Source of the DNA: Octopus sinensis
Lineage: Eukaryota
Reading direction: 5' to 3'
Assembly: GCF_006345805.1 (NCBI RefSeq)
Contig: NC_043003.1
Coordinates: 89,342,001 to 89,406,000 of the forward strand
DNA: 64,000 nucleotides
Shown here: positions 37,475 through 49,479 of the stretch, in pieces
Layout: each line of letters begins with the position of its first letter
How positions within the stretch are numbered: the first letter of the stretch is position 1
Program-made: the position numbers and the translations under genes
The notes under the pieces: model-generated
What the model was told of the DNA's origin: nothing
What the model saw: only the letters and a program-made list of their open reading frames with translations
The model's database searches: none

Positions 37475-39116
37475 AGGGAAGCAGATAAGAAAAAATTTGC
37501 CAATGTTCTGCGCCGTGAGGACCAAAGACTGGAGGTGTTTCACGTTGCAAGACAGTGTGTGAGAGAGAATTGTGATGTGGTAGGAGAGAAGTGTGTTCGC
37601 ATGGAAGATGGTTCACTTGCGCTAAACGAGGATGCAAAGAGAGAGGCTTGGAGACGCCACTATGAAAGGTTGCTGAATAAAGAAAATGAATGGGATAAAG
37701 AGAGTCTGCCGAATGTTAACCCAACAGAGGGACCAGCTATCAGGGTTGATAGTTCCTTGGTAGTTAAGGCAATTAGAAGCATGAAGACAGGAAAAGCCCC
37801 AGGCCCATCAGGTATCACTGCAGAGATGCTCAAAATATCTGGTAGTGTCGGCTATAGCCTAGTCGCCCGTATAGTTAATCAGGTGATACACGAAGGAGTC
37901 ATACCCAATGACTGGTGTAGCAGCATAATAGTCAACTGCTACAAAGGTAAAGGTGATGCCCTAGATACAAATAATTACAGAGGTATCAAGCTGTTGGATC
38001 AGGTGATGAAGGTTACAGAGAGGGTCATAAGCCAACTAATTAGAGAGAGAGTTAGTTTAGATGTGATGCAGTTTGGGTTCGTGCCAGGGAAAAGTACCAC
38101 TGATGCTATATTCCTGGTAAGGCAGCTGCAGGAGAAATACCTAGCCAAAGATAAGCCCCTGTACCTGGCTTTTGTTGACATGGAGAAAGTCTTCGACAGG
38201 GTCCCCCGATCCCTCATCTGGTGGTCAATGAGGAAACTAGGCATAGATGAATGGTTAGTGAGAGCTGTGCAAGCCATGTACAGGGACGCTGCTAGTAAGG
38301 TGAGGGTTGGCAACGAGTACAGTGAAGAATTCCGGGTAGAGGTAGGGGTCCACCAAGGCTCAGTCCTCAGCCCCCTCCTATTTATCATTGTCCTCCAGGC
38401 AATAACGGAGGAATTCAAGACAGGATGCCCCTGGGAGCTCCTCTATGCTGATGACCTTGCTCTAATTGCTGAGTCACTGTCAGAACTGGAGAAGTTTCAG
38501 GTGTGGAAGCAAGGTTTAGAATCGAAGGGCCTTAGAGTCAATCTAGCTAAAACCAAAGTCGTAATAAGTAGGAAGGTAGACAAATCACAAACGCCTTCAG
38601 GTAGATGGCCCTGCTCGATCTGTAGAAAAGGTGTAGGTAGAAACTCTATAAGATGCACCAAGTGTAAGCCTCGCCTGGCCCCCGTGCCGATGGCACGTAA
38701 AAGCACCATCCGCTCGTGTCCGTTGCGAGCCTTGCCTGGCCCCCGTGCCGGTAGCACATAAAAGCACCATCCGTTCGTGTCCGTTGCCAGCCTCGCCTGG
38801 CCCCCCGTGCCGGTAGCACGTAAAAGCACCATCCGTTCGTGTCCGTTGCCAGCCTCGCCTGGCCCCCGTTCCGGTGGCACGAAAAAAAACACCGTCCGTT
38901 TGTGGCCGTTTGCCAGCTCTGTCTGGCACCTGTGCAGGTGGCACGTAAAAAGCACCCACTACACTCACGGAGTGGTTGGCGTTAGGAAGGGCATCCAGCC
39001 GTAGAAACACTGCCAAATCTGACTGGGCCTGATGAAGCCTTCCGGCTTCACAGACCCCAGTTAAACCATCCAACCCATGCTAGCATGGAAAACGGACGCT
39101 AAATGATGATGATGAT
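37475..39116 (+). mobile_element. RTE LINE, 5'-truncated, with an open 408-aa RT reading frame and an internal deletion into the 3' UTR
   Basis: ORF 37535-38761 with NYRGIKLL, QFGFVPGKSTTDAIF, GVHQGSVLSPLLF and LYADDL; ~60-bp tandem units at 38667-38960; (GAT)n tail. Confidence 0.95.
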
Positions 39117-39369
39117 AGAAGTGAAAGGATTTTGTCTTTATTTATTTCGACTGTCCACCTGCGCAGTGACCCAGTCAGGAAACAGGATTTGGAAGCTGTC
39201 ATTTTCTTTTCATATAAATAAATGTTTATGTTAATTTAAAAGATTTTTCCAAAATATCTTATTTAGCAGTTATTTTTAGCACAACAGATGTTATGTCTCC
39301 AGGAATTTTCTTTCATATAAATAAATGTTCATGTTAATTTAAAAGATCTATCCAAATTCGTTGTGTGTA

Positions 39370-39815
39370 CATAGTTTTTTGTATGTAGGGTCTTCTATAC
39401 TTTTTTAATCTTTATGGTCGTATATTGGCATTAGAGAATATTTTTTGGTGGTTATCACATGTTTTTGATTTATTATTTATTTATATGTTGTAACTCTGTG
39501 TTATTACTTTCTATATTTTTTTATATGTGTATTGGTATATAGTTTGAGTTTTGGTAAGCGAATATTATAAAAGTGAAATGATTTTGTCTATTCCCACTGT
39601 TTTCTATACTTTTTTAATCTATATGATCGTATATTTGTATTACAGAATATTTTTTAGTTGTTTTCACATTTTTTGATTTATTATTTATTTATATGTTGTA
39701 ATTGTGTATTATTACTTTTTATATTTTTTATATATGTGTATCGACTTTTGGTTAGAGAATATTATATAAGTGAAAGGATTTTGTCTATTTATTTCGACTG
39801 TGCCCCTGCGACTGT
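39370..39815. repeat. ~205-bp AT-rich tandem duplication
   Basis: CTATACTTTTTTAATCT...TTGATTTATTATTTATTTATATGTTGTAA...AAGTGAAA.GATTTTGTCTATT occurs twice. Confidence 0.8.
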
Positions 39816-40424
39816 GATTAAATTGACTGGGAACACTATGCAATGAATATCCCATACCACACAATCTTAATCTCTATATTCAAGCTGCATTAAACTTTGC
39901 CAAGCTTACCTTTACCTATTCTGAGTTACTTAAATGGTGATGGTCCCTTTCCTCTCTTCTATTTGTTAATACATTTGTTTACCTACCAGTGCATTGTTTC
40001 ACTTTAAGGATGCTTATTTACTCATCCATTATGATTTTTGACTGTTGTCCTGTATTTCAAATATGTTTTAGCATTGTTGTTCTAGTCTTTTTTAAAAAAT
40101 CACATATTATTTGTCCCCAAAAATCAAACTTTAAATAAGAGTTTTACTTCCATTAGTGAAAGCTATGCATATCTTTCAGAAAGCTCCATACCAATTTCAC
40201 TTTATGTGGCATTCACTGTTATTCTATGTGCAGGCTGTGTGAGAAGACAGAATAAAGGGGCTTTTGTTAGCTTATAATAGAATTGATAATCCCTTGATAT
40301 ACTAAAACCCATTTTCCTTTCCCAGATAATACAGACTGAAGCAAAGTAACACCAAATATATAGTGCGCGTGTTTTTATTGGCTAAACTTGCAAAATGACC
40401 ATTCCTAAATACAACATATATATA

Positions 40425-40552
40425 GGCGCAGGAGTGGCTGTGTGGTAAGTAGCTTGCTAACCAACCACATGGTTCCGGGTTCAGTCCCACTGCGTGGCAT
40501 CTTGTCTACCATGGTTCCGGGTTCAGTCCCACTGCGTGGCATCTTGTCTACC
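40425..40552 (+). mobile_element. tRNA-derived SINE head with a 42-bp tandem duplication over the B box
   Basis: GGCGCAGGAG-TGGCTGTGTGG (A box); CATGGTTCCGGGTTCAGTCCCACTGCGTGGCATCTTGTCTAC at 40468 and 40510. The same family is at ~45098-45205, ~49265-49345 and ~54435. Confidence 0.85.
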
Positions 40553-41003
40553 AAATCCACTCACAAGGCTGAAGTAGAAGACAAGGTGCCACGGAATGGG
40601 ACAAAACTGTGGAAAGAGTTGTTGGGAAGCAAACCTCTTAGCACACAGTCCCTGTTTCAAAGGTAACAAGGAGTTTATTGAGGGAATTTAATTACTACAT
40701 TAAGTGAAGTAGCTATATGTAACCCCCTACACTAGCTTACATGGCCCCTATATATCTATATAACGTATATTATGTATTGTATTCAACTATATATTATGGA
40801 CAGAAATATATTTTTACTTTTTCTAATCAATGTAGCCTCTCCTTATAGTAGAAGACACATATAGTAGAATATAGTAAAAGATACTGTATTTGTGTTTCTG
40901 TGTATATGTACCTATGTGTATGCATGTGTGTTTAATAAATTACACCTTTTTTATTCCCATCTGGGATTCCTTTTTACCTTCTGACATTTTCATTCTGTTT
41001 CAG

Positions 41004-41057
41004 GAAATTCTCACACCTTTAACTGTTTTGGACTTATTTAAAAGAATTCCAGAAGAG
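41004..41057 (+). CDS. POLR3A: RPC1 coding exon, 54 nt
   Basis: ctgtttcAG acceptor and GTaaag donor; EILTPLTVLDLFKRIPEE (human ENLNPLVVLNLFKRIPAE); phase 0-0. Confidence 0.93.
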
Positions 41058-41939
41058 GTAAAGTAGATTCATTTTTCTGTATGTTGTTAATAATAATGTA
41101 ATAGTCACTCCTGTCAGTTTTGATGTATGAGTGTTTGAAAGAGAGGATTTAAAGAAAAGAAAAAAGAAAAAGAAAGAAAAAACAACTTTAAAAATAAAGA
41201 GGGTCCACCTATTTGCAATGGATGTTTGAATGTAATTTGAGTCCAAGTATGGATTTTGCTATGAACTCACAACAGGAACACTGATGATTTTGATTGGGAT
41301 TGGACAAATGTGTCTGTTGATTGCAGAATAAAATCCTTTTATTGTTCTGTTTCTTCAACTCAAATTGTTTTGATGCATCATGACATGTTTTATGCCATTC
41401 TGATTAATCTAGGCAATGACTTTCCCAAGATGTCAAATTAAGCAGTAAAGACTTTAGTGATTGCTTCAACTTATTTTTTTACTTAAGGATGGGTCTTCCT
41501 TTACCACAGTATCCCTCTACTTGTTGGCCATACAAAGGAATTTTTGGAGTGCAGTCATCTTTCATTTGAACAGTTCCTACTTATCTACACTGAATTCTCA
41601 GTAGCATGATTTTGGTACTGGATATATCACATTCTTCTAATATTTTGATATTTTATCTTGCCATTTTATGTTGTGAATATTATGCAGGCAGCACATGTGA
41701 AAGGCTTCAAGTTTCTTTATATATCTGTAGTTGGGAATCCATGCTTCTGCCTCATACAAAAGTTTGCTCAAAATATAAGATATGTATGTACTTATTTTAG
41801 TTTTCAGACTGTCACCATGTTCATCTCAGAAATGATGGGAAAATTTTCCAAAAACACTTGTAGCTTTAGATATTCTAACATTGATTTCATCATCAAGAGT
41901 ACTCTTAACGTTTACTGTAACTTCCAAGATATTTAAATG

Positions 41940-43860
41940 ACCTGATCCATTTGAGTGCTTGTTGTCAATCATCACATTTGAATTTTGAGTATGTTCTCTC
42001 CTGGGCTTTGGTTGGAATAAAATTCAGTCTTTTTGAAGCTGATAGTCCAAATGCAAAAGCTGCTGCAGCAAACATGTCACCTGGTTCCTGAATTCCCTGG
42101 AATGTATGAGAAATCAAAGTGCAATCATCAGCAAGCAGAAAATCACATAGAATCTTTTCCTTGGTCTTCTTTGATCTGAAACTTTGACCTGTTAGGTTTA
42201 GTAGACCTCCTGTGTGGAACTGAAATTTTACACCATGATTATCCCTAAAAGCATGTTGGAGCATCAGCGAAAAGAATATGGAAAAAAGTACGGGAGTTGA
42301 AACACAACTCTGTTTGGTTCCAGTGACAACAGGAAATGCCTCTGAACATTGATTGCTGGATATCACCGTTGCCATCATTCCTTTGTGCAGAGATATTATT
42401 ACCTTTATCATTTTATCAAGAAGACCAACTTTTGACAAAATTTTCCAGAGTGCCTCACGATTCACTGTATCAAATGCTTTGGTCAAGCCAGCAAAGACCA
42501 TGTACGGGTCAGTATTTTGCTCATGTGCTTTTTCTTGAACTTGCCAAATCAAAAAAATCCTGTCAATTGTGCCTCTCCTAGCCTGAAATCCACATTGGAA
42601 TTCAGAATATATATACTGATGCAGTTAAGGATCACTCTTGCAAGAATTTTTCCAGCTATGCACAACAAACTTATTCCTCTGTGATTGTCACGTATACCCT
42701 TCTTCTCCTGTTTTTACATGTGCATCTTTGAGCTGTTGGGGAACATATCCAGTTTCCCAAATCAAATAGATCAATTTGTGCAGCTTTCTTAAAAGTTGTC
42801 TACCACCATGCTTGTACACTTCTATGGGAATATCGTCTTGTCCATTGGAAATTTTTTTTAATAGCAGTACTTATCTCTTCCAAGGAAAGATCTGCTAGTT
42901 CTTCAATTATAGGCTGCCGAAGGATTTCATTGATTGCTTTAGGATTGGTCGTGGATTCTTGATTTAATGTGGATTTAAAGTGTTCAGCCCATCTTTTCAG
43001 AGTTTCATCTTTGCTACATAAGAGTTTTGACCTGTTATACAATTCCTTCAAGTTGTGAGAGTCAATAGCCTGTTCCAATTCTTGGGCTTTTTTTGCCCAC
43101 TAAGAATTTTTTTTATCTCACACAGTTTTTTTGAGTAGTTTTCTTAGAGGTGATGTATATGGATCTGAGTGATGGTGAGATCCATGCCTTGTGCCTTTTA
43201 TGCATTGTTTCCAGGCGAGGTTGGATTTGAGAATCGTTCTCATCAAACAAATCTTGGTATCTTGTGTTTGACAAATCCTAGAACTTCTTCAGCAGATGAT
43301 TTGATGCTGTCATGTATATTTTCCCACAAAACTTCAGGATCATGGCTTTCCTCTTTGTTCTCAAGCTTTGAATTTAGATGAATTTCAAAATTTTTTGTTG
43401 TTTCTTAATCGTTTGAAGAAATCATATTTATTCTTGGATGTATTCTGGATCTCAGTGGCCTCTTTGTATATGGTTTAACAAATATCTTTGCTGCAGACAG
43501 TTCTGTGATCTGAGTAACACTCAGGAGTTTTATGAGCTCTGCTTAATCTGAGTAACACTGCAATCTTTGCTCTTAGTCATAGCATAGTGAAGCATGTGCC
43601 AGTTACCAAATCGGAGATGCTTCCAAGTGTTCTTATATTTATCTGCCTGCTGAAAAACTGTGTTTGTGATTGTTAGGCCGAACAGTCATAAATCGCTTGC
43701 ATTCATCTTTCCTCTTCCATGTTTCCCGACTACTTTTGACCCCACTGTGTGTTTGTTACCTATTCTGGCATTAAAATCACCCATCAATATGATTTTGTCA
43801 TGATATGGAAGTTCTCATTATAAATGTTTGTTTTGTTGGTTGGTTTGACCTCGTCATTCA
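41940..43860 (-). mobile_element. RTE/BovB-like LINE (second RTE family), degenerate
   Basis: QEKAHEQN, LTKAFDTVNREALWKIL, TGTKQSCV.TPVLFS and LADDC, plus endonuclease remnants (GDFNAR, KHL); diverged from the (GAT)n-tailed RTE. Confidence 0.88.
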
Positions 43861-43879
43861 CACCTTACATCATGTAAGT

Positions 43880-44625
43880 GAGGGAAGTGTTAATGATTCT
43901 GCCAGCCCACTGCCTCAATTCTTTCTACTCTAGGCACAAAGCTTGAAATTTTCTGAGGGGCTAGTTAACTACATTAACCTCAGTACTCAACTGGTACTTA
44001 ATTCACAGACCCTAAAAGGATGAAAGGCAAAGTTGACCTTGGCGGAATTTGAGCTCAGACTGTAATGAGTTGGAAGAACTACTAAACATTTTCTCTGACA
44101 TACTAATGATTCTTCCAGCTCACTGCCTTATTATTATTGTTAAGGTGGTGAGCTGGCAGAATTGTTAGCACGCTGGGCAAAATGCTTAGCAGTAGTTTGT
44201 CTGCCGCTACATTCTGAGTTCAAATTTCACTAAGGTCGACTTTGCATTTCATCCTTCTGGGGTTGATAAATTAAGTACCAGTTGAACACTAGGGTTGATG
44301 TAATTGACACATCCCCTCTCCCAAAATGATTGCCCTTGTGGCAAAATTTGAAACCATTATTATTATTATTATTATTATTGTTGCTGTTGCTGCTGCTGCA
44401 GTAGCAGCATAGGTGGCAAGCTGGCAGGAGCATGCTGGGCAAAATGCTTAGTGGCATTTCATTTATTTCTACATTCTGAGTTCAAATTCTGCTATGATTG
44501 ACCTTGCCTGTCGTCCTTTCAGGGTCATTAAAATAAGTACTAGTTGAGCAGTGGGGTTGATGTAATCAACTTATCCTCTCCTTGAAAATTGCTGGCCTTC
44601 TGCCAAAATTTGAAAGCATTGTTGT
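43880..44625. mobile_element. Cluster of three SINEs of one family (one minus, two plus) with a conserved central domain
   Basis: Shared core TTCTGAGTTCAAATT..GTCGACTTTGCCTTTCATCCT..GGGT.GATAAA.TAAGTACCAGTTGA at ~43900-44130 (-), 44140-44375 (+) and 44410-44625 (+). Resembles the MetaSINE central domain as recalled; not verified. Confidence 0.85.
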
Positions 44626-44689
44626 AGTTGTGTGGCAGCAGCACTAAATTGGCACACTGAATTCATCACTGTATTCATAGGCGACTCTC

Positions 44690-45000
44690 ACCCTACTAGC
44701 ATCATCGCTATACATGGTTTGTGCAGCTTTAACAAGCCACTCTTTTACTTCTAAATTCCTTAGGGACCACCGGATAACAGATCAAAGGATTCTGCCAAAA
44801 GCTTTCTCCAGGTCAATGAAAGCCAAGTACAATGGTTTATTTTTGACCAGATACTTCTCCTGCAGCTGTCTCACTAAGAAGATGGCATCTGTGATACTTT
44901 TCCCATGCACAAAACCAAATTGCATCTCATCTAGTTTAATTCTATTTCTAATCAACTGAGTTGTAACACTCTCTGTAACTTTCATGACTTGGTCCAGCAG
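44690..45000 (-). mobile_element. RTE RT fragment
   Basis: KVTESVTTQLIR..QFGFVHGKSITDAIFLVRQLQEKYL. Confidence 0.88.
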
Positions 45001-45225
45001 TTAGTAGTTTCACTGAAGAATATTTCTTTACCCAACTTACTTAATCCATTAACTGTAGTTTTTTCCTTGATATTTTGAGTATTTTTTCTTAATTTGCACA
45101 GGAGTGGCTGTGTGGTAAGAAGCTTCCTTCCCAACCACATGGTTCTGAGTTCATTACCAAAGCCTTGTGAGTGGATTTAGTAGACGGAAACTGAAAGAAG
45201 CCCAATATATATATATATATATATA

Positions 45226-47966
45226 CTAGCTTAAGGTGACCCGCTCTACGTGCGGGTAAGAGTGTGGTTGTTACTTTCTATTGCTTCCTTTCTGTTTTTT
45301 ATCACCACATTCTCCCTCTTTGTTTCACTCTCCTTTCTCTCTCACTTTCCCATTCTCTTACTCTTCCTTTCTCTCGAACTCTCCCTCGCTTTCTCTTACT
45401 CTCTATCTTTATCTATCTCTCTCCCATTTATAAACAACAAAAATCTTGAGTAAGTTGAGAAAGAAATATATTTTGAAAGATCAATCATAAATATCAGGCA
45501 GTGACAGCGGAAAGGTTTGCTTCAAGGCAGACAGCAAAACACTAACATTTACGAGGGGCGTTCAATAAGTAATGCCTCTGACCCACTTCCCATAGCAGTA
45601 GAGCAACGACACTTGGCACAGTTATTAGTCTTTTCCTACATAGGAACTACCCAGAGTTATGCATTTCTCCCATCGTTTGATACAGCTCTGGAGACCGTTT
45701 TTGTAGAAGACCCCAGCTTGGTCCTCCAACCACGATGTGACTTCAGAAATCAAGGCTGCATTATCTGGGAAACGCTTTCCTTTCAAAATCAACTTCATGG
45801 CTGGGAAGAGGTGAAAATCAGAGGGTGCAAGGGGAGGAGTTCATAGCTGCACGCCTGTGCTTCTGATCTGGCGACAAGCGAGTTGTGGACCGGAGCGTTG
45901 TCCTGCAGGAGGAGGATGCCTTTGCTGATCTTGCCCCGCCTCTTGATTTTGATAGCTTCTCTTAATTTCCTCAAAAGTGAAGCATAATAGGCTCCTGTAA
46001 TTGTGGTACCCTTTGCCAGGAAATCTGTCATCACTACTCCGTCCTGGTCCCAGAAGACTGTGAGCATAACCTTGTCAGCGGAGGGCTGCACCCTTGCCTT
46101 CTTTGGAGGAGGTGAGTCACGGTGCTTTCACTGCATTGACTGGGCTTTGGTCTATAGATCATAGTGATGGACCCAGGTTTTATCCTGTGTGATCAGTCTT
46201 TTGAAAAATTTTGACTCATCTTCTTGGCACATCTCCAAATTCATCCTCGAGCACTCAACGCGTTCTTGCTTCTGGAAAGGCGTGAGCAACCTGGAAATCC
46301 ATCTGGCAGACACCTTTTGCATATGCAAATGGTCATGAATGATAGTTTCCACAGACCCGGTACTAATCTTGACCTTATGGGCTATTTGGCGAATAGTTAT
46401 GCGTCGACCTTCCAAAATGGCAGCCTCAACTTGACGGACAGACGTCTCATCAACGGCAGAAGGGGGCGACCAGATCTGGGAGCTGTTTCCACAGAGTTCC
46501 AACTATGTTTGAATTCACAATGCCAGCGTTTTACAAGGTCATATGATGGGGCATCATCACCATAAGTTACTTTCATTTCATCAAAAGTCTCCCGTGGTGT
46601 GCGTCCTTTCAAATACAAAAACCAGATCACTGCTCGACACTCAACAGGCTCCATTTCACACTTGACTCAGTTCAAACACCTGTAAATCAGAAACCACAAT
46701 TAGTTCAGAGCTGTAATTCGCCACTTAATCTATAGAGGTATAAATAAGTGCACATGCAAAATTTTAGCTAGATCAAACAACTGCAAGTGGGTCAGGGGCA
46801 TTACTTATTGAACACCCCTCGTAAAAGGGATAGACGAACTTGCGAGCTGAATAAAAAAAAAAATAGTGGAAACCAAAGTTTGAAGGGATAGAATCTGAAG
46901 ATAGTAGAGTCACCATGGCTGGCATTTCTTAACGACGGACAGCAATGTAGTGGCAGTTTAACGGCTGGCGTAAAATTTTGAACTTGATGTAAAAGAAAAT
47001 TCCTAAACACCAAGTTTTGAAGTGATTCTTTCTCACAACAGTAGACTCACCAATGCAAGCATTCAAAACTTCTTCATCATGGACGGCAACACATTGAAGA
47101 TTTAAAGGCTGGCGCAAATTTTTTAGCTTGATGTAACAGAGAATTCCTAAACCACCGCACCTGTAAATTTTAATCCCCTTCCAGCCCCATTTAGACCCCT
47201 TTTCACTATTAGGCAAATCAAACAGTGAAAAACATAAACCAAAACATAAAAATAAAAATATAATATACAAAATATATAAAATATAAAATTTAAAAATTGA
47301 AATTAAATTTAAAATTAAAATTATTAATTTATATTTATAATTTTAAAAAAAATATATATAACTATCAAAAAGTATTAAAAAGTTTAATATACATAAATAC
47401 AGATATGTACACTTTGTATATATACATTATATATATATAATTTATATATAGAACACACACATACACACACATATATAAATTAACCCAATAAATATCTCAT
47501 TCATAATATTTGTTCTCATGATTGTGTGGTGGTGGTGGTGGTGGCGATGATAATTCTCTCTATGAATGCAGACAGACGTAGAGAGAGAGAGAGTGTGTGA
47601 AAGCGCTGTTGAAGGCGGGGAGGGGGGGAAATATAGAACGCTGTGAAACGACGTTATAAAGAGAAAGTGAAGGGAAAGTAGACGCTGTGAAACAACGTTA
47701 TAGATCGAATGTGATGGGAAGGGAGGAAAGTGAGTGAGTGATGGAGGAAGACATACATAAAAGAATGAGAGTAGACTTGTCAAAGTACGTTTTTGGCCCT
47801 AGCAATGACACCTTTTAAGATAGGGATTTCTAACCTAGCCCACTCGCATCCTCACCTCATTTTACATGTCCCTGTAAATTTTGAGTCAATCCGACGGGAT
47901 CTAGTGGCCTTTAACCTGTTCTCAATGCCAAAACCAGACAAACAAACAAACTTTTCGCATTTCAGA

Positions 47967-47990
<24 letters not shown>
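45226..47990 (-). mobile_element. Non-autonomous Helitron-like element hosting a mariner
   Basis: Minus-strand 3' end: hairpin ACCCGC-7nt-GCGGGT (45239-45257), then CTAG|T (45226-45229). The putative 5' end near 47980 has the same AT-rich / (GTTT)n / CGGATT..AAATTT layout as 49560. The 5' boundary is uncertain. Confidence 0.65.
45552..46821 (-). mobile_element. Full-length mariner (irritans/Hsmar2-like), 1270 bp, inactive
   Basis: 37-bp TIRs CGAGGGG(C/T)GTTCAATAAGTAATGCC(T/C)CTGACCCACTT with TA on both sides. Transposase pieces RAVIWFLYLKG, VSARWI, ITQDKTWVHHYD, KVMLTVFWD and QDNAPVH. The YSPDL motif is deleted and there are frameshifts. Confidence 0.95.
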
Positions 47991-47998
<8 letters not shown>

Positions 47999-48622
47999 CA
48001 GTGGTAACTCCGGCATTCGGGCTGCGCCTGAGTATAAATTTAGTAAAGTGAATGTGTATTTACAAGCAAGTATGTAATTGTAGCTCATAACTTGGGCTCC
48101 TTTTATTGAGCCTGGTCGCAGTTCATTTATTTTCGTTCAGTATCTGGCAGTCGTCTTAGAAGTTTGCTGTGTCAAAAAATATCATTTGTAGCAGACATTT
48201 TCTTGACATTTTTCACATGCGCCTGACTTGGGCTCAGAGTTACAGCCCAAGTTGTTATCTATAATCGTAAAAATTAAAAGGAATTCAAATTCAGTGTTTT
48301 CTTGAAACAATAGGTTCCTATAGAGATTGAGATTTAGATTCCAGTCTATGAAAAATTTCTGTTCTACAATATTTTTGAAGGAATGAAAAATTATCCAGCA
48401 ACTCAGGCTGATATGAATGAGCCTGGTAGATGTAAAAGACTAACTGGCAACTCTTGTCAAGAGTACAGTTGATAGTCAGATCACTGATGTTTGTTATGCA
48501 CTCTGCTGTCATTATTATTTGATTGCCTTTATTCTGTCCGTCTGTGTGTAAAGATCAGTTGTGTTTTGTAGGGTTGCTCTGTGATGATCCCCAGTGGCGC
48601 TGATGACCTGGAGTCGCCTCTG
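47999..48622. mobile_element. Possible non-autonomous hAT-type element
   Basis: Imperfect TIRs CAGTGGTAACTCCGG and (reverse complement) CAGAGGCGACTCCAG; no convincing target-site duplication. Confidence 0.35.
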
Positions 48623-48866
48623 AGATGTGTGTGTATGTATTTGCGTTTTTTGTTTGTGCCCCCACTATCACTTGACAACCGATGTTGGTGTGTTTATGTT
48701 CTTGTAATTTAGGGGTTTGGCAAAAGAGACTGATAGAATAAGTATTAGGCTTACAAAGAGTAAGTCCTGTGGTTGATTTGTTCGACTAAATGACTGAAGC
48801 AAGTAAAAGAATCTAAATACTAACCATATCTGTTTTTATATTTTCTCGACTTGTATATAATTGTAG

Positions 48867-48988
48867 GATATTCCATTACTTGTGATGAACCCCGAAGTTG
48901 GTAAACCTGAGGATTTAATATTGACACGAATAATGTGCCCTCCATTGTGCATTCGTCCATCTGTGGTATCTGATTTAAAGTCTGGCAC
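48867..48988 (+). CDS. POLR3A: RPC1 coding exon, 122 nt
   Basis: ttgtAG acceptor and GTaaga donor; [40 protein letters not shown] plus AC; phase 0-2. Confidence 0.96.
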
Positions 48989-49479
48989 GTAAGATACATT
49001 TTTTAAAGGTTATTAAGTTAGTGGAGAGGGTGGCTACCAAAGAGATTACATTTAAATAAAAAAAATGTATTTACTTCCCCTTTCCATCGATCTATCATTA
49101 GCATAATTTATGATGGATGGGACAGGGACTGATAGAATTGGTGTAGTGATGGACAGAACACCTTGCAATATTTAGTTACATCTTTCACATTCTGAGTTCA
49201 AATTTCACCAAGGTCAACATTACTGTTCATATTTTCTTGGCTAATAAAATAAATGCCAGTCAAGTAGACATAGCTGTGTGGTTAAGAAGTTTGCTTTGTT
49301 GTCACAATGCTCCAGGTTCAGTTCCACTGCAGTACCTTGGGCAAATATCTTCTGTCTATGTCTACTAATTCCTCATAAGTGGAAACCAGTGATGTGTGTG
49401 TGTATGGATATCATCATCATTTTTATGTCCACTTTCCCATGCTAGTATAAGTTAGACAGCTTGTCACATCTGAAATTAA

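Noticed and set aside
47240-47445. Extremely AT-rich stretch as a mitochondrial insertion (NUMT)
   Set aside because: No recognisable mitochondrial gene or tRNA; it lies within the probable Helitron.
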